Below are positions 9,989-18,609 of a stretch of DNA of 64,000 nt, one piece after another; the stretch's first letter is position 1, and every line of letters begins with the position of its first letter. The position numbers and the translations under genes were made by a program. Source of the stretch: Acidimicrobiia bacterium (GTDB taxonomy: Bacteria > Actinomycetota > Acidimicrobiia > Spongiisociales > ZC4RG35); contig OZ244034.1 of NCBI GenBank assembly GCA_965215185.1, positions 1,152,001 to 1,216,000 on the forward strand, in the 5' to 3' direction. The notes under the pieces are model-generated. The model was not told the origin of the DNA. It saw only the letters and a program-made list of their open reading frames with translations, and searched no databases.

Positions 9989-11104
9989 TTGGCACCTGAA
10001 GGCGTCGTGAAGGCTATAACGAAACTAGCTGTTCTGACCTCGGGAGGCGACGCCCCTGGAATGAATGCCGCCATAGTCTCGGTGGCAAAGGTGGCGGCTT
10101 CTGCTGGGGTAGAAGTGGTGGGGGTTGAGGATGGTTACGAAGGGCTGATAAACGGACATTTGCAACGTCTCGTCAAGGCTGATCCACGATCAGGAACTCT
10201 GGTGCTGAGCCCGGAGCTGGCTGGGGCGGGAGGACGAGGGGGAACCATGCTGGGCACAGCCCGCTGCCCCCGTTTCCAGGATCCCGCATATCGGGCCCGG
10301 GCAGCCCGGGCGTTGCGCCACGCCGGCGTTGAAGGACTTGTGGTCATAGGTGGTAACGGTTCCATGGCAGGTGCTTACGCCCTGTGGTCGGAGCACCGGA
10401 TACCCGTAGTAGGTATCCCAGCTTCAATCGACAATGACATTGGACATACGCGGGAGGCGCTGGGAGTCGACACTGCGCTCAACACCATCGTGGACGCTTG
10501 CGATCGTATCACTGACACGGCAAGATCTCATCGTCGAGCCTTCATTGTTGAGGTAATGGGGCGCGATTGCGGGTACCTTGCGTTGGCGGGAGCCGTGGCA
10601 ACTCGCGCCGATGCTGTTCTCCTTCCCGAGAAGAACCCCGAGCTCCACCAAGTGTTGAAAAAGCTGGAAAGCACCGTCCGTCAAAGATTCTCGGACCATC
10701 GGGAGAAGAAAAAGGTACTGATCCTCAAGGCTGAAGGGGTCAAGATCCCCACCCAGACACTGGTCACCGATCTCTCAACCGCAATTTCGGACCTGGAAGA
10801 CGTGGAAGTGAGAGCAACCGTTTTGGGACACATCGTCCGTGGAGGTGACCCCACCTTTCGTGACAGACTGCTGGCTAGTCGATTCGCCCTTGTAGCAGTT
10901 CAGTCGATTCTGGCCGGGGCGGCGGGTGTGATGGTTTGCTGGTCGGCGTCCGATCAAGGAGATCCAACCAGCGATGCGTTCGTAAGGCTATTTCCGCTGG
11001 ATTCCGTGCTTCGGGAGACCGAGTCGCTGACCGAGGGAACCTCCGATCTCCAGAATGAAAGGATCCGCCGTTTGGAAGCCATCCATGGCGTCCTCGCCTT
11101 CTGA
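9989..11104 (+). CDS. pfkA: 6-phosphofructokinase (ATP-dependent type)
   Basis: LTSGGDAPGMN, GGTMLGTAR, IGGNGS, SIDND, VEVMGR, LGHIVRGG. Start may be GTG 10007. Confidence 0.92.
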   Translation: MAPEGVVKAITKLAVLTSGGDAPGMNAAIVSVAKVAASAGVEVVGVEDGYEGLINGHLQRLVKADPRSGTLVLSPELAGAGGRGGTMLGTARCPRFQDPAYRARAARALRHAGVEGLVVIGGNGSMAGAYALWSEHRIPVVGIPASIDNDIGHTREALGVDTALNTIVDACDRITDTARSHRRAFIVEVMGRDCGYLALAGAVATRADAVLLPEKNPELHQVLKKLESTVRQRFSDHREKKKVLILKAEGVKIPTQTLVTDLSTAISDLEDVEVRATVLGHIVRGGDPTFRDRLLASRFALVAVQSILAGAAGVMVCWSASDQGDPTSDAFVRLFPLDSVLRETESLTEGTSDLQNERIRRLEAIHGVLAF

Positions 11105-11340
11105 TCCCCGCAGAGGCAACGGTCACCACGGCATTGCGTCTTATAGGAGGCCTAGGCAGCGGGTTCTAGGACAGGGTGCCTTACTGCTCCAGGGAGCGGG
11201 GAGGGGGTGGCCCACATTGTCATCCTTGCAGATCACTTTGGGCCCCAGCAGATTTCATTGAAGGCCCGTGAAGAAGAGAACAGCAACCGTTCACAGACTC
11301 GCGATGACAAAGCCAAGGTTCCGCTGGGATCCGGAGGCTA

Positions 11341-11368
11341 ACTTAACATAACGTTTTTATCTTGAGGT
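11341..11368 (-). other. Degenerate dif-like (Xer) recombination site, inverted relative to the site at 11734
   Basis: Reverse complement reads ACCTCAAGATA-AAAACG-TTATGTTAAGT. The XerD-type arm is identical to the right-hand site. The XerC-type arm is shifted or degenerate. Confidence 0.55.
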
Positions 11369-11733
11369 CCTGGGTCGGCAGGGTCGGGTTTTGTTTCTGT
11401 CTCGTTTCTAAGCGGCAATCCCACACTCCGGGCGTAGGGTTTGCGTCTCCACCCGATGAGCCTTTGCACTCCGGTGGTCGGACATTCGCCTGATTCCGGC
11501 AGGTTCAGCAGTCCAGAGTGAGCCAATACCGTTTGCCGGGCGTAAATCCGTGAGAAGTGGTCTGACAAACCTTCCAGGCATCCGAAAGCTGTGTGGTTTA
11601 CACGGAGGCACAGGCAACCGGGAGGGTGGTAACACCATAAATATGGGGAAAGCGGGTTCTCGGGAACACACCAAGCCTTTCCAGATCAAGGGCCTGGACT
11701 TCCCGAGTTATATAAGGTCTTGCCTTTTCGGAT

Positions 11734-11761
11734 ATGTCCCATAATCACCGTTATGTTAAGT
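11734..11761 (+). other. dif-like XerC/XerD recombination site
   Basis: ATGTCCCATAA-TCACCG-TTATGTTAAGT has the 11-6-11 layout with ATAA/TTAT inner arms. The XerD arm is one base from E. coli TTATGTTAAAT. Confidence 0.75.
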
Positions 11762-12003
11762 AGCTGGGTGATACTCCCTCCAATGAGCGTATGTTTGTTG
11801 TCCGATCTCACGATAGTTGGCAATTTCTCACGTACTTGGCCATTCGTCTCACAGAGTTGGCCAATGTCTCAAATTCCTGTCAAAAGGATGGTTGCGTAAG
11901 GGGGTGAGGGATCCAAGTATGATCTGCCGCGAATTGAAGGATGCCTTCTCCAAGAGACTGCTCGCCCTTTAGCCATCGAGGTCCACCTCCGCGTCTGATA
12001 TAG

Positions 12004-12204
12004 TTGCTGTTGATGGGAAGCGAAGCACTAGCCGCGTGGGATGCCGTGACCGAATCTGACGAATGCACGGTAGCGGACATCGAAGAATACATGGGGGTTG
12101 TACCCGACCCCTCAGGCGACCTTGAGGCTGGCCGAACCGTTTTCCACGCCACCGACGAAGATTTTCTTGACTTCCTGACTTCACGGATGCACGAACCGGG
12201 CTAA
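12004..12204 (+). pseudogene. Probable gene remnant (acidic 66-aa C-terminal fragment) inside the transposon relic
   Basis: Protein-like composition, immediately preceded by an in-frame TAG. No family recognised. Confidence 0.3.
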
Positions 12205-12447
12205 ATCCCATCGGACATGGCCAGTGGTCATATCGAAAAAGGCGGGATCTTCGGTCAGGGCGGAGGGGGATGGCCCCGGGAATTGACTACCCCAACTTGC
12301 GATTCCAGTGCCTGTTGAGCATAGTGAGAGGTTGGGGCAGCACTCCAGCAACAGGGGGCGTCAGGCAGAGGATGCTGTGGGCGTTTGTTCACATTGATGG
12401 TTCGGGGCTGTCCTCTCCCCCACCGAACGCCAACCTCTAAATGCCCA

Positions 12448-12864
12448 GGCCATGTCTCACCGTAGTTGGCGAAATCTCAACAATGTGGCGAAATGTCTCA
12501 CGGTTTTGGCGAACGTCCCCTAGCGGACACGGGTCGCCGTTGGATAGCAGTCCGCTAATACAACTGGCATGGCGAACGCTCACTGTTTCCGTCGGGGTGA
12601 TCGACGGCGGGTTGGTCTATTTTGGGTATGTGTGGGCAGAGTTCCCACCCGAAATACTATTCAAGCGATAGTCGCGGGTTATCGCCGCCACATAGATATC
12701 CGGCACTATCCCCTCCCCCACCACTTGAACCGTTGACTGTCAAACCGCTCCCTCAGAGAGCGGCTCTCCGATTTCGCTAACTACGGTGAGACAACGACCC
12801 TTGGTTCCATCTCAATCCAGTGGCGAAACTGGGCGATTCCCGCCATATAGCGTGAGATCGGACA
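12448..12864. mobile_element. Nested second element of the same family (MITE-sized, ~417 bp)
   Basis: TCTCA repeats at 12455, 12475, 12496 and a degenerate one at 12516 repeat the 20/21/20 spacing, but the terminal TGT is lost. The opposite end GTGAGATCGGACA (12852-12864) has a second site 66 bp inside. Confidence 0.62.
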
Positions 12865-13155
12865 CGGGGCAGTTGACGGAAGCGCTCAATTCTGAGTTTC
12901 CCCAACATCGCAGGACCTTCTCCGATTTGGCCAACTACGGTGAGACAGAGTCTTGGGATTACCTCTCACAACCATGACAAGACGGGGGAATTTTGGCCAA
13001 CTACGGTGAGATCGGACAGTGTGGTTTCCCTCTCCCCTAACCACCCGTCGCTGATGGTTGGCGCCTCACTCTGATGATGGCGTCCCCGGCGGAAGCGCCA
13101 CCGACCGCTTGGTAGGATGGGTGAACCGCTACGGCTTGAAGGAAGGCTTCCGTCC

Positions 13156-13893
13156 ATGCCACCACAGAACTCGCACCCCAGTCACATCGCGTTACTGGTG
13201 GATGGAGACAACGCACAACCGTCCCTAATAGAGCCCATATTAACCGAGGTGGCGAAGCACGGCAGTATCACCACCAGGCGCATCTATGGAGACTGGACAA
13301 CACCTCAGATGTCCGGGTGGAAAGACGTTCTGCAGACCTACGCCATCCAACCTATTCAACAGTTCCGCTATACGGTGGGAAAGAACGCCACCGATAGTGC
13401 CTTGATAATCGATGCCATGGATCTGCTGCATGCCGGGGCGGTTGATGGATTCTGCATAGTGTCCAGCGATAGCGACTACACCAGATTGGCTACACGTATG
13501 CGCGAAGAGGGACTCTTTGTGATGGGGATAGGCCGCATGCAAACCCCCAGCTCCCTGGTTAACGCCTGTGAGGTGTTTGTTTACACCGAGAATCTCACTT
13601 CGTCGGAGCAAAACCCAGAAGACCGGGCTACACCCTCACAACCCTCCAAGTGGATCACTACGGTTGGGATTGCCGTAGAGACAGCTTTAGAGACAGGTAT
13701 AGAAGAAGACGGCTGGGTGATCCTCAGTATTGTCGGTAGCCAGATCCGCAAACTGGATCCCGCATTCGATCCCCGGACCTATGGATACTCACGATTGTCG
13801 CTCCTCGTCAAGTCGGAACCTGACAAGTTTGAAACTAGTAAGAGGGCAATTGGTGGGCACAAACAGCTCTACATAAGACGGTCTTCGAAATAG
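13156..13893 (+). CDS. NYN (LabA/DUF88, PIN-like) domain protein with C-terminal OST-HTH/LOTUS domain
   Basis: LLVDGDN, RIYGDW, GKNATDSALIIDAMD, IVSSDSDY, FDPRTYGYSRLS. Confidence 0.92.
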   Translation: MPPQNSHPSHIALLVDGDNAQPSLIEPILTEVAKHGSITTRRIYGDWTTPQMSGWKDVLQTYAIQPIQQFRYTVGKNATDSALIIDAMDLLHAGAVDGFCIVSSDSDYTRLATRMREEGLFVMGIGRMQTPSSLVNACEVFVYTENLTSSEQNPEDRATPSQPSKWITTVGIAVETALETGIEEDGWVILSIVGSQIRKLDPAFDPRTYGYSRLSLLVKSEPDKFETSKRAIGGHKQLYIRRSSK

Positions 13894-14075
13894 GCAGACG
13901 TAAAAGGCTCTGCTCTGGAGGGTCGGAACCCACCACAAGCGATGGCACCATGGGCAGGCTCGAGTAACCCGCACCTCCCTGTCCCCTGCCACCGGCTCCC
14001 CTCTGCTCAGCCAAGCCCGGCAAGCCCGCCGCCTGTCGCTCTGATCCATCCATAACGTGTTCGCAGGAGAAGAAG

Positions 14076-14528
14076 CTAGACGCGGCGGAAAGCAATCACC
14101 GGGATCCGCCGGCCGGTTGCGGAGCGGTAGGTAGCAAAGCGTGAATTGGCGGCCACCACCCGGTCGAAGACTGCGGCTCTCTCTTCCCCTCGGGTGATAC
14201 GAGCCTCGGCGGTCAAGCGTCCCCCCTTCACTTCCACCGAAAACTGAGAGTCGGCGGCGATGTTCAGGTACCACGCCGGATGGTGGTCCTGCCCGTAGTT
14301 GGAAGCCACCACGAAGAGATCCGAAGACTCCTCGAATCGGAAATGCAGCAAAGGTGAAGACCGCCGCTTGCCGCTCTTACGCCCCTTGGTCACAAGGAGG
14401 AACACTCTTTGCCCATCCAACCGGCCCAGAAATCCGCCACCGGAGAGACGGAACAGAAACCGCTGCGCCGGCACGAAGAACCACGCGATGATCAAGCGTT
14501 GATAGGTCGGCACTGCAGGCGCGTTCAC
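14076..14528 (-). CDS. Deazaflavin (F420)-dependent nitroreductase family oxidoreductase
   Basis: LLVTKGRKSGKRRSSPL, VVASNYG..HHPAWYLN, YRSATGRRIPV. Start uncertain. Confidence 0.88.
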   Translation of the reverse strand: MNAPAVPTYQRLIIAWFFVPAQRFLFRLSGGGFLGRLDGQRVFLLVTKGRKSGKRRSSPLLHFRFEESSDLFVVASNYGQDHHPAWYLNIAADSQFSVEVKGGRLTAEARITRGEERAAVFDRVVAANSRFATYRSATGRRIPVIAFRRV

Positions 14529-14583
14529 AAAAATGCAATTATCCCTTCCCGGAACACCACCCACCCAGGCCTGTCCGGGTCTG

Positions 14584-16227
14584 CTAGGCAGACTCGATCC
14601 CGGCCGCAGTCTCCAGGCCCAGTTCGGCGATGGAGACCTGGCGCATCTCCACCTTGCGAACCTTGCCGGTGACGGTCATCGGGAACCCGTCAACGAATTT
14701 CACGTATTGGGGGACCTTGAAGTGGGCGATGCGGCCCTGGCAGAATTCCTTGATTTCCTCGCCGGTAGCTTCAGCGCCTTCCCGTAGCTTGACCCAAGCC
14801 ATCACCTGCTCACCGTACTTGATGTCGGGTACGCCGATTACTTGGACATCTTCGATGGCCGGGTGCCCGTACAGGTATTCCTCGATCTCCCTGGGGTAGA
14901 TGTTCTCGCCTCCTCGGATGATCATGTCCTTGATCCGCCCGACGATGTTCACATAGCCCTCCGAGTCCATCGTGGCGAGGTCGCCGGAGTGCATCCAGCC
15001 CTCGGTGTCGATCGAAGCCTCGGTCCTCTCCGGTTCACTCCAGTAGCCCAGCATGACCGAGTAGCCGCGGGTGCACAGTTCGCCGTCCCTGCCCCGCTCC
15101 ACTGTTTTGCCGCTCTCGGGATCGATGATCTTGATCTCGACGTGGGGATGGACGCGCCCAACGGTGGAGACCCGCCTCTCGATGGTGTCTGTGGTCATCG
15201 TCTGCGTTGACACCGGGGATGTCTCAGTCATGCCGTAGGCGATGGTCACGTCTGTCATGTTCATGTCGGAGATGACCTGCTTCATGACCTCCACCGGGCA
15301 CGGTGATCCGGCCATGATCCCGGTGCGAAGAGACGACAGGTCGAAGGACTTCAGATCAGGGTGAGCAAGCTCCGCGATGAACATGGTCGGCACCCCGTAT
15401 AGGCTCGTACACCTCTCCCCCTGCACCGCGGTCAGAACCTCCTCCGGATTGAATCCCGGGCCCGGGAAAATGATCGCCGACCCGTGGGTGGTGCACGCAA
15501 GGGTGCCCAGCACCATACCGAAACAGTGGTATAGGGGGACCGGGATGCACACTCGATCTTCTTCGGTGTAGGCGCACGCCTCACCGATGAAGAAGGCGTT
15601 GTTCAGGATGTTGGAGTGGCTGAGGGTGGCGCCCTTGGGGAACCCTGTGGTACCGGAGGTGTATTGGATGTTGATGGCGTCGTCGTGATGAAGGCCGGCC
15701 ATCCGCTCGGCCAGAACTTCTTCCATGCCGTCGCGGGCTGGTTCCATCAGGGCATCCCACTGGGGCGTGTCGAGGAAGATCACCCGCTCAAGACCGTCCA
15801 GTTCGTCCCGGACCTCGGAGATCATGGCCCGGTAGTCGGAGGACAGGTATTTCTGAGCCGAGACCAGTACCCGGCATCCCGATTGCGCCAGCGCATAGCG
15901 CACCTCGTGAGTGCGATAGGCGGGGTTGATGTTTACCAGGATCACGCCGACCTTGGCGGTTGCGTACTGGAGCCACACCCACTCCGCGCAGTTGGGGCTC
16001 CAGATACCTACCCGGTCACCGACCTCAAGGCCGAGACGGAGCAGACCCAGCGCCAGCCGGTCAACCGATTCGTTGAAGCTCCTGTAGCTCTGGCAGATTT
16101 CCTGGTGCATCGAGACTAGAGCGTCCCTGTCCGGGAACCGGGCCACCATCGACTCGAGGTTCTGACCGATGGTCTCCTGCAATAGGGGCGTCGCTGTGTC
16201 ACCGCTTGCGTACGCTAAGGCCGGCAT
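14584..16227 (-). CDS. AMP-binding acyl-CoA synthetase
   Basis: [48 protein letters not shown]. Confidence 0.93.
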   Translation of the reverse strand: MPALAYASGDTATPLLQETIGQNLESMVARFPDRDALVSMHQEICQSYRSFNESVDRLALGLLRLGLEVGDRVGIWSPNCAEWVWLQYATAKVGVILVNINPAYRTHEVRYALAQSGCRVLVSAQKYLSSDYRAMISEVRDELDGLERVIFLDTPQWDALMEPARDGMEEVLAERMAGLHHDDAINIQYTSGTTGFPKGATLSHSNILNNAFFIGEACAYTEEDRVCIPVPLYHCFGMVLGTLACTTHGSAIIFPGPGFNPEEVLTAVQGERCTSLYGVPTMFIAELAHPDLKSFDLSSLRTGIMAGSPCPVEVMKQVISDMNMTDVTIAYGMTETSPVSTQTMTTDTIERRVSTVGRVHPHVEIKIIDPESGKTVERGRDGELCTRGYSVMLGYWSEPERTEASIDTEGWMHSGDLATMDSEGYVNIVGRIKDMIIRGGENIYPREIEEYLYGHPAIEDVQVIGVPDIKYGEQVMAWVKLREGAEATGEEIKEFCQGRIAHFKVPQYVKFVDGFPMTVTGKVRKVEMRQVSIAELGLETAAGIESA

Positions 16228-16346
16228 GTCTCTCTCTCGGTCGATGACCTCTCAGGGGACTATATCAGCCTGTCAAGAAGGGCCTCCTGCTGGTCGTGGT
16301 CGGATCGCATAAATACAAGCCGGGGCGCAGCCCGAAGCCTGGCAAA

Positions 16347-16383
16347 ACGGGGGATTTCTCGCCAGGTACCGTGAGATAGGACA
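16347..16383. mobile_element. Isolated, diverged third transposon end of the same family
   Basis: ACGGGGGATTTCTCGCCAGGTACCGTGAGATAGGACA matches 12982-13018 at 30 of 37 positions by manual count, in the same orientation. Confidence 0.62.
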
Positions 16384-16449
16384 ACTCATCCCGTGCCGAC
16401 CTCTCCCCCACCTTGACTATCCCCTACTGCTTCTTGGGCAAATTGGACA

Positions 16450-17343
16450 TCAAAGCGGCAGGCGCACTTTAACGGGGCCGCGGTTGGTATAGCTGGTGAT
16501 GGTTCTGGGGACTTTGAGCCGCTGATCGTATTCGTAGAGGCCCCTGACTGCCTCGAAGTTGTCGCTCACCACAAGTGCCGCAACTTCGTCAAGCAATGCC
16601 ACGGCCGCACGGCTTGGCGAGTGGCGGGGATCTCTCATTATGCCCCAGCTGTCCCATGGGAGCATTTCCACCTTCTGGAGGCACGCGAGATCGTTCACAA
16701 CGTTTCCCGCAATGAACCCCATCCCCCACATGTCCAAGATACCGAATGCCTCGGGATCAACCTCTCCAGACCTGGCAGCTATCCACGCCTCACTACCCGT
16801 AAGGAACCGTCCGGGTGGTTGATCGTAAGGATCAAGGTCGAGCCCCAGGACCTTGGCTTGCACCTCATCTATTTGAGGATCCTCTCGCACCCAACGTCCA
16901 CCGTCCCATCGCTCAGTGATCCAGTGGTCATACCACTTCACAGAATCGAAGTAACCGCTAAACCCACACCTCACCCGGGCTGGCACACCCTGAGATCGCA
17001 GGAATGCAACATGGATCAGCGTGAAGTGTCGGCAGACCGAGACCACCCGATCTAGGGGCGCTCGGGCAACCGCAGTCGTCTCTGCAGACATCTGGAACGC
17101 CCGGGCCAGCACCTCCGCAGTCGTTCGAAGGTTCTGCTCCTCAATGCGGACCGCATCCCCCTCCACCCCGTAAAGATGCGCCCAGTCAGGGTGAAGCAAC
17201 AGACCCTGAACCGTCCGCCTCACCTCCTCCAAGTCCGTTGGGAGATCAACCAAGGCCGGGTGATCCGGCAGCGTGGTCATCCAACTTGGTGTTCGGTAAA
17301 AGTCCAAGAGGAATCCACCTAGTTGGGTATCAAAGGGTGGCAC
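16450..17343 (-). CDS. Transglutaminase-like domain protein
   Basis: Cys-His-Asp triad motifs VCRHFT, DHWITE, EDPQ and ARVRCGF. Confidence 0.85.
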   Translation of the reverse strand: MPPFDTQLGGFLLDFYRTPSWMTTLPDHPALVDLPTDLEEVRRTVQGLLLHPDWAHLYGVEGDAVRIEEQNLRTTAEVLARAFQMSAETTAVARAPLDRVVSVCRHFTLIHVAFLRSQGVPARVRCGFSGYFDSVKWYDHWITERWDGGRWVREDPQIDEVQAKVLGLDLDPYDQPPGRFLTGSEAWIAARSGEVDPEAFGILDMWGMGFIAGNVVNDLACLQKVEMLPWDSWGIMRDPRHSPSRAAVALLDEVAALVVSDNFEAVRGLYEYDQRLKVPRTITSYTNRGPVKVRLPL

Positions 17344-18370
17344 GGGGGCTGACTCGCCGGTTTGCCCTGGCCTTTAGTGCTTGATGGATGCCTCTGTAAG
17401 GAGCGGCTTTAGGAAGAATGCCCTTGGGAACTTTGCAGGTAACGGTGTAGACGGTATCGCAGACATTTGCGATAGGGCTCAATGCAATCTGTGATACCAG
17501 TTGATAGGAATCCATGATCGACAGTTCAAGAAGCGCTGCGATCCACCGCACCATTTCAGTGAAAGCTATGCGAAAGGCATCCTCCAGGGGTTTGGTCGAG
17601 CCCGTTGTGATTAAGAATTCGTCCGTTTCAAGCCGTGGCCATTCGGTGTAACAACCTCGGACAACATCAACGATAAGAACAGTGCTCATCGCACACTCCA
17701 CCGCAACTCCGCACGCTTCCCCTTCCCCCTGCCTGGCATGGCCATCGCCGATGCTGAACATTGCTCCGGGCACGTTTACTCCGAGAAAACAGGTGGCGCC
17801 GGCCCGCATCTCAGGGGTGTCCATGTTGCCGCCCCAGGAACCAGGTGCGAGTGACAATCGAACTTCGCCCAAGGGGGGCGCAACGCCCACCGTTCCATGC
17901 ATGGGATCCATCGGCAGCGGTAACCGGATATTGCTGTCGAGCCCGCGAAAAATGACGAGTCGCGCCTCGGTGTCAAGGTCGTATATCCAAGTCCTCTCAT
18001 CCAAGGCGGGCTGGAGTGTCGCCGTGTCTCGACTGCTTGTCAATGCCCCGAAGAACGGCACAGTACTGCTCACACCCCACGATTCTCTGGGTTCAATGCT
18101 GACGAAGTGAATCGCCAGGGTGTCTCCAGGCTCCGCCCCTTCAACGAAGAACGGCCCCGTCTGGGGGTTGAGGAAACGGGGATCACATACTTGTGAAGGG
18201 AGATCAGCCGGTGTGCGCACCTGCCCTGCAAAACAGTCTCTGGTGGTGGTAGAGATCAACTGCCCGGCCTTTACCACGGCAACCGCATCCGCCCCACCGA
18301 ACGTGTAAACCAAGCTGGACGCTGGCGCGTCATCATCGGGAAAGAATTCGAAAAGATCAACCACTGGCAA
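17330..18370 (-). CDS. Acetamidase/formamidase family protein
   Basis: NPQTGPFFVEGAEPGD, GGNMD, GDGHARQGEGE. Confidence 0.9.
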   Translation of the reverse strand: MPVVDLFEFFPDDDAPASSLVYTFGGADAVAVVKAGQLISTTTRDCFAGQVRTPADLPSQVCDPRFLNPQTGPFFVEGAEPGDTLAIHFVSIEPRESWGVSSTVPFFGALTSSRDTATLQPALDERTWIYDLDTEARLVIFRGLDSNIRLPLPMDPMHGTVGVAPPLGEVRLSLAPGSWGGNMDTPEMRAGATCFLGVNVPGAMFSIGDGHARQGEGEACGVAVECAMSTVLIVDVVRGCYTEWPRLETDEFLITTGSTKPLEDAFRIAFTEMVRWIAALLELSIMDSYQLVSQIALSPIANVCDTVYTVTCKVPKGILPKAAPYRGIHQALKARANRRVSPRATL

Positions 18371-18609
18371 AGCTCACAGCCGATGCTTGCCGCGGTCATC
18401 TGCAATGTCGCGGCTCGTCGGAAGAACCTGTGGGTATCTTCGGTTTATCGAATATGTTGGGAATTCCACCCGTTCAAGCATAGGTTCGACCGGCATGTCA
18501 AAGTGCCATGGACCGTCCTTCCTGCGGGTAGGACCCTCAACAGGATGCAGTTCTCCGGACGATATCCACGCCCATCTGATGGAGGCCGGATTGTCCTCGG
18601 TTTCAAGCC

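Larger units (their letters stand above)
11799..13018. mobile_element. Non-autonomous transposon remnant with Tn7/Tn5053/Mu-like ends
   Basis: Terminal inverted repeats TGTCCGATCTCAC..TAGTTGGC (11799) and GCCAACTA..GTGAGATCGGACA (ends 13018). Four internal repeats at 20/21/20-bp spacing at one end and two repeats 66 bp apart at the other. No transposase and no intact target-site duplication. Confidence 0.72.

Noticed and set aside
11408-11689. 93-aa ORF inside the dif-bracketed segment
   Set aside because: No recognisable motif or RBS, and competing overlapping ORFs of similar size.
11198-12718. KOPS-like GGGGAGGG at 11198 (+) and 12711 (-) pointing toward the dif-like site
   Set aside because: Only two instances in GC-rich DNA, a contrary copy near 43758, and KOPS is not established for this lineage.
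11799-13018. CRISPR array interpretation of the recurring GCCAACTACGGTGAGA motif
   Set aside because: The repeats are short, degenerate, in both orientations and spaced 20-21 or 66 bp, with no cas genes. The geometry fits transposon ends.
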